From assembly GCA_964510635.1 (NCBI GenBank), contig CAZEBS010000005.1:32016-96015 (forward strand): a stretch of 64,000 bases of DNA. Direction: 5' to 3'. The translations under genes were made by a program, and so were the position numbers. Shown piece by piece: positions 10,879 through 18,340 of the stretch; within the stretch, counting starts at the first letter, position 1; every line of letters starts with the position of its first letter. The stretch comes from an uncultured Candidatus Bathyarchaeia archaeon (lineage in GTDB: Archaea; Thermoproteota; Bathyarchaeia; Bathyarchaeales; Bathyarchaeaceae). The notes beneath the pieces were generated by a model. It was given only the letters and a program-made list of their open reading frames with translations. It searched no databases and was not told the DNA's origin.

Positions 10879-11271
10879 TTGTCAGTATGGCACGGAGATC
10901 AACATAAACGCAAAGATTCGGGCGGAAGAAAAACAGCCAACCGAAAGAAAAGAAGATACGAAAAAGGCTACTTTCCAGCGGAAACAGCGCTGGGCAAACC
11001 AAAGAGCAGAATTGTTAGGAAGCATGGAGGTAACGAGAAGGTTCGACTTTTAGCAGTTAACCAAGCAAACATCTCGGATGCTTCTGGAAAAACTTCGAAG
11101 GTAGAAATACTTCGTGTAATAAAGAACCCGGCTAACGTAGATTACGATCGGCGAGGAGTAATCACAAAAGGAACAGTGATTGCAACGTCATTGGGAAATG
11201 CGCGTGTAACCTCCCGCCCTGGACAAGACGGTATCGTAAATGCGATTCTTGTCTCCAAAAAGGGTGACTAA
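10879..11271 (+). CDS. rps8e: 30S ribosomal protein S8e
   Basis: Basic N-terminus HKRKDSGGRKTANRKKRRYEKG and the C-terminal ...RVTSRPGQDGIVNAILV pattern. TTG start as in the track. Confidence 0.9.
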   Translation: MSVWHGDQHKRKDSGGRKTANRKKRRYEKGYFPAETALGKPKSRIVRKHGGNEKVRLLAVNQANISDASGKTSKVEILRVIKNPANVDYDRRGVITKGTVIATSLGNARVTSRPGQDGIVNAILVSKKGD

Positions 11272-11280
11272 CGCACATTT

Positions 11281-11565
11281 TTATCTGCGTAGTTTAGAAA
11301 GTTCTTCTGCAATTTTCTTCACAGTTTTATCTTTCGATTCCGTTTTGGGAAGGACAAGTAGGCCAGTTTTCAACCATGGAGAACTTGGATGCGCGGCGTC
11401 AGACACTAGTTCAGGTTGCAGACCCAGCCTTTTTGCGGCTCTCTGAATCTCCTCCAGTTTTGGTGCGGATACGGCAAGTTTTTTTGGTACCCTTCGTCCA
11501 TTTGCTCGGGTCTTGTTTGCGTCAAAGTAAACGGACCAAAGGACGATGTTGTTTTTATTCCGCAT
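11281..11565 (-). CDS. srp19: signal recognition particle protein SRP19
   Basis: IVLWSVYFDANKTRANGRRVPKKLAV..P.LEEI is the canonical SRP19 N-terminus. Confidence 0.9.
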   Translation of the reverse strand: MRNKNNIVLWSVYFDANKTRANGRRVPKKLAVSAPKLEEIQRAAKRLGLQPELVSDAAHPSSPWLKTGLLVLPKTESKDKTVKKIAEELSKLRR

Positions 11566-11848
11566 TTTGATCGGTTCTGCTATCGATTTGGAGCGTTTTA
11601 TTAGTTGTGGTAGTCCTGCTCTGGTCCCAAGGGATTTTTTGGGTCAGTTGCTTTGAAGCAGTTACGTCCAGAGACAGACAGGGATTTTTTCATCAAAAAT
11701 GTAAGTAATTTAACATTTTTTCATGGTGAATTTTGTTTAAAATTCTCTTATTTTGCACAAAATTTTCAATTTCAGGAATCGATTGTGCAGCTCAGGAAAG
11801 AGCCTCAGAAACGTTTAAATAAAGCGCTCCGTGTGAACAATAGGTTTT

Positions 11849-12124
11849 GTGAGGGGAAAAAGGGTTTTGAATAGAATCGGTCACGTCCTTCACGTGAGCA
11901 ACACAAAAAACATGATAATTAAGGCGGAAAGCATCCCCCGCATCGGTGACAAAGTGGCGAATGAAAAACTCAAGCCCGTGGGAACAGTTTTTGACGTTTT
12001 TGGTCCTACATCCTCCCCGTACGTAGCTGTTAAACCCAACGGCCAAAGCCCAGAACAATTGGTAAACCACGTTCTATATGCTGTCCCTTCCAAAGCGGGA
12101 AGAAGAAAGAGGAAAAAAAGGTGA
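11849..12124 (+). CDS. gar1: H/ACA ribonucleoprotein component Gar1
   Basis: [21 protein letters not shown]...[31 protein letters not shown]. It sits directly upstream of tfb with a 4-nt GTGA overlap, a conserved archaeal arrangement. Confidence 0.85.
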   Translation: MRGKRVLNRIGHVLHVSNTKNMIIKAESIPRIGDKVANEKLKPVGTVFDVFGPTSSPYVAVKPNGQSPEQLVNHVLYAVPSKAGRRKRKKR

Positions 12125-13056
12125 CGAAAGAAAACATGCCACAACCCCCGATGATTCGAAAGTGTCCAGAATGTGGAAGCACCCGTCTCATGCGAGACTA
12201 TGAATGCGCTGAAATAGTCTGCATGGGCTGCGGCTACGTCGTTGCCGCTAAACTCGCAGATCAAGGACCGGAATGGCGAGCATTTGATGATGAGCAACGC
12301 GCTAAACGTGCTAGAGCTGGTGCTCCCATCACATTCACGATTCATGATAAGGGTCTCTCGACCATGATTGATTGGCATGACCGGGATGTTTACGGCAAGA
12401 GGCTTGCTCCAGGTCAGAAGGCTCAGATTTATCGGTTGAGGAAGTGGCAGCGCCGAATTAGGGTTTCTGATGCCACGGAGAGGAATCTTGCTTTTGCCCT
12501 TTCTGAGATTTCTAAGATAGCTAATAATCTGAATTTGCCCAAAAACATTCTTGAGACAGCTTCAGTTATTTATCGTAAAGCGGTTAAGGAGCGGCTCATT
12601 AGGGGAAGGTCTATTCAGGGAGTGACTGCAGCTGCTATTTATGTGGCTTGCCGACAGTGTGGAGTAGCTAGAACTTTGGATGAGATTGCGGGGGCTTCTG
12701 CTGTGAACAAGAAAGAGGTTGGAAGGAGCTACCGTTTTCTGATAAAGGAGCTGAATTATTTTATTCCGCCTTTGAAGCCTAGTCAGTACATAACTAAGTT
12801 TTCTAATCAGTTGACGATGCAGGGAAAGGTTGAGGAGATTGCTCATAAGATACTTGCTGCAGCTAAAGAGTTGAAGCTTACGTCAGGAAGGGGACCAACA
12901 GGTATAGCCGCGGCAGCCAGCTACATTGCGTCAGTTCTGACGGGAGAAAGAAAAACTCAGAGGGAAATCGCTGAGATTGCTCAGGTGACAGAAGTAACCA
13001 TAAGGAACAGATATAAGGAATTGGTTGAAAGGCTCCAGTTCATACTCTACCTCTAA
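12121..13056 (+). CDS. tfb: transcription initiation factor TFB (TFIIB homologue)
   Basis: N-terminal zinc ribbon CPECGS...CMGCG, a B-finger/linker, and two cyclin repeats ([34 protein letters not shown]). The start may instead be the ATG at 12136. Confidence 0.95.
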   Translation: MTKENMPQPPMIRKCPECGSTRLMRDYECAEIVCMGCGYVVAAKLADQGPEWRAFDDEQRAKRARAGAPITFTIHDKGLSTMIDWHDRDVYGKRLAPGQKAQIYRLRKWQRRIRVSDATERNLAFALSEISKIANNLNLPKNILETASVIYRKAVKERLIRGRSIQGVTAAAIYVACRQCGVARTLDEIAGASAVNKKEVGRSYRFLIKELNYFIPPLKPSQYITKFSNQLTMQGKVEEIAHKILAAAKELKLTSGRGPTGIAAAASYIASVLTGERKTQREIAEIAQVTEVTIRNRYKELVERLQFILYL

Positions 13057-13095
13057 CAACCCCAACTTTTGGTACAGTGCAGGGGGTATTGTATG

Positions 13096-13842
13096 CTATT
13101 CCTTTCTGAAAACATATATCGCCCATCCCATAGTTTCCCTGCCTCCTTGAAGATAGATATGCTTCTCGCGCGTCTTCCGTTTCATTAGTTCGCGGATATC
13201 AGGGTCGTCGGGATGGGTTCTGACATACTCATCAACAGCCCACCATTGAAGCGTCTCATAGTGGTCCCAATCGTCGTGGTCACTCACGAGCGTGTAAAGG
13301 CAGTTTAATCCTTCGTTCTCTCCCACTATTACATTGTTCTGATGAGTACCAAAGTCATCTCTGTTGATTCCTTCTACCTCCAAGTACTCTTTACTCGGTT
13401 CCATCAACCAGAAAGGTTCTCCCACTACAATCAGCCCCCCATTCTTCACCATTTCTTTCAATGCTTGAATCGTCCCCCGGTGACCACCGTACACCCAACT
13501 CGCCCCGATACAAAGGGCTGCATCAAAGGAGGAAGGAACTTCAGGTCTATAATCCGCCCCATCCATCTCCACAAATTCAATATCCGAGTCTGGTACTCGC
13601 CTTTGATGCTTTTCCATGCAATCTCGAATGTAGTGGGGAGAAATATCTACGCCTATACCTGTAATAGCATAGAGTTCCGTCAGCCTGATAAGAAACTCTC
13701 CTTTTCCACAGGCTATGTCTAGGACACGTTCTCCTTGCTTAAATCGGAGGAGTTGGCACAGCCGCTCAAACTTCTCGGTGTTTAATGGATTGCACAGGTG
13801 GTGTCGTTTATGGGTGATGTCATAATATTTCCATGGGTCCAT
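13096..13842 (-). CDS. class I SAM-dependent methyltransferase
   Basis: Motif I VLDIACGKGEF and post-I VDIS. I prefer the ATG at 13842 (MDPWKYY, AGGTGA 7 nt upstream) over the track start at 13926, which would run into a repeated intergenic element. Confidence 0.8.
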   Translation of the reverse strand: MDPWKYYDITHKRHHLCNPLNTEKFERLCQLLRFKQGERVLDIACGKGEFLIRLTELYAITGIGVDISPHYIRDCMEKHQRRVPDSDIEFVEMDGADYRPEVPSSFDAALCIGASWVYGGHRGTIQALKEMVKNGGLIVVGEPFWLMEPSKEYLEVEGINRDDFGTHQNNVIVGENEGLNCLYTLVSDHDDWDHYETLQWWAVDEYVRTHPDDPDIRELMKRKTREKHIYLQGGRETMGWAIYVFRKE

Positions 13843-13920
13843 TATTAGTTCACCTAAAGCAGCCAGAACTAGTAAAAAAGTCACTAATAGTGTTTTCCAA
13901 CATAGGTAGCGCGCATTTCG

Positions 13921-14006
13921 GCACACAGAAAATCAGAAAAAAGACTGTTTTCAACAATGTACCTCTATTAGGTTCCTAATATGATTGTTATGGTGCGTAG
14001 GTGATT
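13921..14006. repeat. copy A of a three-copy conserved intergenic element (palindrome TATTAGG-TT-CCTAATA at 13966-13981)
   Basis: Hand alignment with 43384-43455 and 58431-58480. Shared sequence is CAGAAAA(A)TCAGAAAAAA..TTTTCAACAAT...CT.CTATTAGG.TCC.AATATGA, and A and B also share GTAGGTGATT. Confidence 0.7.
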
Positions 14007-14131
14007 ACTTTGCCGCATCGTGGGCAGTGGATGTGGCGTATGCTGTTTTGGGAGTTCCAGCCTGAGATTACGGCGTCTTTTTTTGGTAGAAGATAACCGC
14101 AGTGGGGGCAGGTGTAATGGTTTTTGGGCAT
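13988..14131 (-). CDS. 47-aa zinc-ribbon protein (below track cutoff)
   Basis: My own translation is MPKNHYTCPHCGYLLPKKDAVISGWNSQNSIRHIHCPRCGKVITYAP, with two CxxC pairs. Third gene of a tight small-gene string. Its 3' end overlaps repeat copy A, which lowers confidence. Confidence 0.4.
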   Translation of the reverse strand: MPKNHYTCPHCGYLLPKKDAVISGWNSQNSIRHIHCPRCGKVITYAP

Positions 14132-14137
14132 ATTCGT

Positions 14138-14272
14138 TTATACTTCCTTGTAGAAGTTTAGGATGTTTCGTGCTGCTCTCTCTGGGATTCCGTGTTTTAT
14201 TAGCAGTTTGTAAAGCTTTTCGGAGTCCTCGGCTGTAAGCTTCTTGACTTTGAAGAGACGCAACACATTCAC
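14138..14272 (-). CDS. 44-aa hypothetical protein
   Basis: My own translation is (V)NVLRLFKVKKLTAEDSEKLYKLLIKHGIPERAARNILNFYKEV. Its GTG overlaps the upstream TGA (GTGA), and AGGAGG lies just upstream. Confidence 0.3.
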   Translation of the reverse strand: MNVLRLFKVKKLTAEDSEKLYKLLIKHGIPERAARNILNFYKEV

Positions 14273-14439
14273 CTCCTAGCTGTAGCTTCGCCCATTTCTA
14301 CCAGTCTGGCTCTGATGGCTTCGGCAACAAACTCGGTCACACTTCTGTATCCCAAATCTGAGCGTTCTTTAACGATGGCTTTCACTTTGTCGTATAAGCC
14401 TGACGGAACATTCACAGAACAATAACCCTTAACAGGCAA
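14269..14439 (-). CDS. ribbon-helix-helix (CopG/MetJ-like) protein, 56 aa
   Basis: My own translation is (L)PVKGYCSVNVPSGLYDKVKAIVKERSDLGYRSVTEFVAEAIRARLVEMGEATARR, a beta-strand/helix/helix pattern. It is paralogous to the protein at 48271-48486. Confidence 0.55.
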   Translation of the reverse strand: MPVKGYCSVNVPSGLYDKVKAIVKERSDLGYRSVTEFVAEAIRARLVEMGEATARR

Positions 14440-14474
14440 CAGCCTCGCCCCTCATTTTTTACATGTACCCGCAA

Positions 14475-14483
14475 AGTATATAA
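14475..14483. promoter_or_regulatory. TATA-like box (AGTATATAA) in the divergent intergenic region between two RHH genes
   Basis: An AT-rich TATA-like sequence about 35 nt upstream of the minus-strand RHH start (14439) and about 105 nt upstream of the plus-strand RHH ATG (14587). Confidence 0.3.
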
Positions 14484-14586
14484 CAGTTGCTTATTATCGC
14501 TTATTTTCTTTCATAAGACCTAATGAAGCCTAACAATATTGGATAAAGTCTAAAGAAACCCTCGTTAATATGCTGACGTGATTAAA

Positions 14587-14745
14587 ATGCCTAAAGTCAA
14601 ACTGACGGTTACTGTTACACCCGAAATTTTCAAATGGATTGACGAAGAAGTCAAAAACGGGTTTTTTGCAGACAGAAGCCACGCAGTCCAGTACTCATTA
14701 ATGAAAGTCAGAGAACTAATCAAAAAAGGAGAAATCAAGTTTTAG
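14587..14745 (+). CDS. ribbon-helix-helix protein, 52 aa
   Basis: My own translation is MPKVKLTVTVTPEIFKWIDEEVKNGFFADRSHAVQYSLMKVRELIKKGEIKF, a typical RHH layout. Confidence 0.5.
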   Translation: MPKVKLTVTVTPEIFKWIDEEVKNGFFADRSHAVQYSLMKVRELIKKGEIKF

Positions 14746-14822
14746 GACGATCTGAAACTGAGGCATTTATCATAGTGTAACGCCGAAGTTACTTCAATTG
14801 GGCATATTATTAATTGTGGATT

Positions 14823-14870
14823 TAACTATCATAAGAACTGTAAATAATTATGTAACTATCCTGAGAACTG
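14823..14870. repeat. 18-nt imperfect direct repeat pair (TAACTATCATAAGAACTG / TAACTATCCTGAGAACTG), starts 30 nt apart
   Basis: Read directly: 16 of 18 positions match. A GGGATG-N7-CATCCC hairpin follows at 14871-14889. Confidence 0.6.
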
Positions 14871-15065
14871 GGGATGGAAATTGCATCCCATGCAAGTGGA
14901 GAAAATCATCTCCAATCACTCAGATATAATACTTTAAGTATGAAATAAGATTGGACATGATGGTGGGGATCAGGAACGTATAAAGAGCACCCAGCGTTTG
15001 AAAAGCCAATTGATGAAAATATTAAAATTTGGCGTTATATTGATTTCACAAAATATGTATCTCTA

Positions 15066-15755
15066 TTGGATAAAAAAGCACTATTTTTTTCCAAGATAGA
15101 AAAACTTGATGACAAATTTGAGGGAGCACCTTCACGAGTAAGGATGCAAAGTTCTGTAAAGAGGGAGGCTTTTTTAAAAAAAATTTTTACGAAAGAACAA
15201 ATTGAGTTTATGAAGAAGCAAAATCGTGAATTTGACAAAGCTTTGCTAAGAAAATGGACTGTTGTTAATTGCTGGAGTATTAGCGATTATGAATCTGCTG
15301 CCATGTGGAAAATTTATCTTAAAAGTAATGCAGGAGTAGCAATTCAATCCAGTTTTAAAAGTCTTACCAAAAGTTTTGATGTTTGTAAGGATCATGAAAT
15401 ATGGATCGGAAAAGTAAAGTATATTGATTATGATAAAGACTTAATTCCATTTCATAATATTTTTTTCCGAATTACAAGTAAGAGGAAAAGTTTTGAGCAT
15501 GAAAAAGAACTGCGAGCAGCAGTTGTAAAAATCCCAGACCCCATAGTTTTTCCATGGCAAGATAACGACCCTTTTCCCAAAGGACTATACGTGTCAGTGA
15601 ACTTGGATGTATTAATTGAACAAGTAATAATCTCTCCAACTGCTGAGGAATGGTTTATTGATCTCGTAAAATCTTTGATGACAAAATACAACTTAAACAA
15701 GAAGGTTGTGACATCATCTTTGACAGATGATCCATTTTCTGAGACGCTATCATAG
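15066..15755 (+). CDS. DUF2971-like protein; conserved N-terminal motif lies upstream of the first canonical start (possible frameshift)
   Basis: The frame is open from 14961 and encodes ...KIWRYIDFTKYVSLLDKKALFFSKIEKLDDKFEG, the DUF2971-type N-terminal signature. The first in-frame ATG/GTG/TTG is the TTG at 15066. An ATGATG at 14957 is out of frame by one nt. Confidence 0.6.
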   Translation: MDKKALFFSKIEKLDDKFEGAPSRVRMQSSVKREAFLKKIFTKEQIEFMKKQNREFDKALLRKWTVVNCWSISDYESAAMWKIYLKSNAGVAIQSSFKSLTKSFDVCKDHEIWIGKVKYIDYDKDLIPFHNIFFRITSKRKSFEHEKELRAAVVKIPDPIVFPWQDNDPFPKGLYVSVNLDVLIEQVIISPTAEEWFIDLVKSLMTKYNLNKKVVTSSLTDDPFSETLS

Positions 15756-15893
15756 ACTGAACAATGTGAAATCCTTTCTATGAGTTGAATAACTTCTGAA
15801 TATTTTTTCACAGCATACAGATTTTGGATTACTTTACCAGAGACCCGCACAAAAAATGGGTGTGGTTAATAGTTGGGAGTGTTAACCACGGGG

Positions 15894-16895
15894 TTATATG
15901 GGGTAGTTTCCGCAGATTTTGCAGAAGCCGATTTTTGTGTCAACGTATCCTTTGCATTTGGGGCATTTTCTTCCCACAGGTTCACCGTAGACTTCGGAGG
16001 GTTTTCCGAAAGTTTTTCTGAAAATCTCATAGTATACCAGTTGCTCTTTGGAAATTAATTCCACATCGTCTTCTTCCAGAACTAGCTTCTTTTTCTCCTC
16101 AAAATCTGCTGTCGGCATCTCTTTTTCAAAGTAGTCTGGCAGAACCCATGTTCCAGTTCCTCGTTCCAGAGGCGCTTTTCCTCGCCAGATTACCTCGTCT
16201 GGAATAAAACCATCATAGGCTTTACGGAGAATCCATTTGCCAAATTTCTCGCCATTATGAAGGTTCACTTTGAGGTTTACTGGAAGCTTCTTCGCGTAAT
16301 CCATGAACAGGGGATCAAGATAGGGCTGACACACTTTCACGCCAATTGAATCGCCCATAGGCGTAGAGGAGAAAGCCATTTCGCCCCACATATCAGACAA
16401 TGCCTTAGCAAACTCGGCTTCAGACAGATGAAACTGCCAGGGATAGCCGAAGAGCTCGTCTAAAGCATCGCCAGTGAGAACACTTTTGATGCCCTTCTCT
16501 TTCGCTACCTTCAGTCCTATGTATGCGGGAAGAGTGTTTCTGACATCCATGGGGTCAAAAGTCTTCAGCACCTTCACAACATCTTTTGCAGCATCAATTG
16601 CAGCTTCCACGTTAAAGGCGTAGGTTTCATGATTAAGCTTAAGAAACTCCACCATTTTCTTGACATACTGGGTGTCTTTAGGCTTTCCCTGCTGAAAAGC
16701 AACAGTTATCGCAGGAATGTCCGGGTTAAATTTGACTGCCTCATAGGCTATTATGCTTGTGTCAGTTCCAGCTGAAAACAAAATTCCTTCAGCCATATTG
16801 TTTTTGACAACTGTGCTAACTAAAGCACGAGCCTCAGGCAAAAGTTTAGCTAAATCCTGTTCAACGGATTTCATATCATATTCTTCCTTTACCAT
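15894..16895 (-). CDS. asparagine-synthetase-domain (PP-loop ATP pyrophosphatase) protein with C-terminal zinc ribbon; no glutaminase domain
   Basis: ILFSAGTDTSIIA matches the AsnB-type SGGxDS PP-loop. The C-terminus is CPKCKGYVDTKIGFCKICG. Confidence 0.75.
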   Translation of the reverse strand: MVKEEYDMKSVEQDLAKLLPEARALVSTVVKNNMAEGILFSAGTDTSIIAYEAVKFNPDIPAITVAFQQGKPKDTQYVKKMVEFLKLNHETYAFNVEAAIDAAKDVVKVLKTFDPMDVRNTLPAYIGLKVAKEKGIKSVLTGDALDELFGYPWQFHLSEAEFAKALSDMWGEMAFSSTPMGDSIGVKVCQPYLDPLFMDYAKKLPVNLKVNLHNGEKFGKWILRKAYDGFIPDEVIWRGKAPLERGTGTWVLPDYFEKEMPTADFEEKKKLVLEEDDVELISKEQLVYYEIFRKTFGKPSEVYGEPVGRKCPKCKGYVDTKIGFCKICGNYPI

Positions 16896-16916
16896 AATTT
16901 GTAGGTGGCGACTATT

Positions 16917-17192
16917 TTAGTCTTCAATCCCAGTTTCTTGAATCCAAAATGTGAGGCTGGCCCCACTTTCATCCGAGCTTATGCCAATCATGTGAGCTTC
17001 CCCGCAATTCTCGCAAGTTAACATAACAAGTTCTGATGTGATTCTACAGACCCTGAAAACAGTGTTTTCGCAAATCATGCACTTCGTTTCGTTTTTCCTG
17101 CATTGGCTTACGGACCTTTCGCTTTTCAAGCGGCATTCGCTATTCACTATCCAAGCCCCAATTTTTTTGTTTAGCTGTGTGTGAAGTACCAT
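16917..17192 (-). CDS. Cys-rich small protein (91 aa), probable zinc-binding
   Basis: Seven Cys, including CMICENTVFRVC and CENCG. It lies immediately upstream of the AsnB-like gene on the same strand, with a 21-nt gap. Confidence 0.45.
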   Translation of the reverse strand: MVLHTQLNKKIGAWIVNSECRLKSERSVSQCRKNETKCMICENTVFRVCRITSELVMLTCENCGEAHMIGISSDESGASLTFWIQETGIED

Positions 17193-17505
17193 GGGTCATT
17201 GATTTCTGCTGGATTGTAGGTTGATTTTGTTTCTGGTTTGCATTCGGTTTTTTCAATATTTTCCATGGTCACCCATCTTCACCACCATTCAATTAAAGCC
17301 CATATCATTGGAGACAACTATATAAAAATTGCGGAAAAATGAACAACCATTCTCCTAAACGGTTAAGAAAATGAACAATATGTCGGCGGTCTTCTACAAA
17401 AGAAATTTCAACCAACATCAAAGGCTCAAGCCAAATAACCAAAAAACTTCAGAGCATTGAAAAAACTTTTAATGAAATCACTCAACTAATATTGAGGATT
17501 CACAG

Positions 17506-17910
17506 TTGCCAGAGTGCCCCCGATGCGGAACCACAGTATACGCCCCAACCAAAACATGGTCCATGGTTGGCAGACCCAGCAAAACGGGCGAACGATTCAA
17601 ACTCACAATAGGACTGTTCACATGCCCCAAATGCAAAAAAGGATTCCGAGAAGTTTTGGGAAAAGAAAAAGAGAGGGTAACTCTTAAAGGCATGGTAAAT
17701 GAGATAAAAGGAATTGAAAGGAGGCTTGTACACACTTTGGGGGACTTAAAAGAAAAAATCGAGAAACTAAAACTTCAGAAAGCTGAACTTCTGGACGAAA
17801 TAGAGGGACTCAAGAGAGCAGGCGAAGAAAAAGCTGACACCCTAGAAAAGGAAGTAACATCCCTTCGAGAAGAAGTAGAATCCCTGAAGGAGATACTAGG
17901 CGACTACTAA
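17506..17910 (+). CDS. zinc-ribbon plus coiled-coil protein (134 aa)
   Basis: CPRCG...CPKCK is followed by a heptad-rich tail. The tail is paralogous to the protein at 58534-58716. Confidence 0.6.
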   Translation: MPECPRCGTTVYAPTKTWSMVGRPSKTGERFKLTIGLFTCPKCKKGFREVLGKEKERVTLKGMVNEIKGIERRLVHTLGDLKEKIEKLKLQKAELLDEIEGLKRAGEEKADTLEKEVTSLREEVESLKEILGDY

Positions 17911-18079
17911 TACAGCCCCACAAGAAATCCGAAAAACTCTCAGAGAACAGCCTCTACCAAGCAGACAGTTTTGAAGCCGTAGCAAAGACCAAATCATTCA
18001 TGCAAAAAGAAAGCTACGGAAAGAAGATAATCTGGAAAAGTTTGAAACATAATTCAGAAACAGAGAAAACTGATTCCAG

Positions 18080-18340
18080 TTATGGGCGTTTTTTGTGGCG
18101 CGAATCCATCAGGAGACGTTTTTTTATCAGGTCCTTTACTTCTTCGTGGAACTGATAGTCTTTTTCCAGTTTTAGGAACTCGTTGCTGAATCCTTCGAAT
18201 CCTGTCGGAATTTCCAAGCTCAAGGTGATAAAGGGTTTTCCAATAGCCATCTCAAATTTTCGTTTAGCCTCTTCATACTCGCCTTCTGGTTGTTTATCTC
18301 TTGATTCAATCCATTTCTTTACCAAACTATTCACATCCAT
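18080..18340 (-). CDS. hypothetical protein (86 aa), last gene of a three-gene membrane operon
   Basis: 10-nt overlap with the upstream permease gene. Confidence 0.45.
   Translation of the reverse strand: MDVNSLVKKWIESRDKQPEGEYEEAKRKFEMAIGKPFITLSLEIPTGFEGFSNEFLKLEKDYQFHEEVKDLIKKRLLMDSRHKKRP

Noticed and set aside
11890-12378. 162-aa minus-strand ORF across gar1 and tfb
   Set aside because: It overlaps two confidently identified plus-strand genes.
13843-13926. N-terminal extension of the methyltransferase (track start 13926); similar extensions occur at 43307-43405 (lplA), 40214-40306 (P-type ATPase) and 45877-45912 (activase)
   Set aside because: The extensions add non-conserved residues, lack an RBS and, in two cases, run into the repeated intergenic element. 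Internal ATGs with SD-like sequences fit the known family N-termini.
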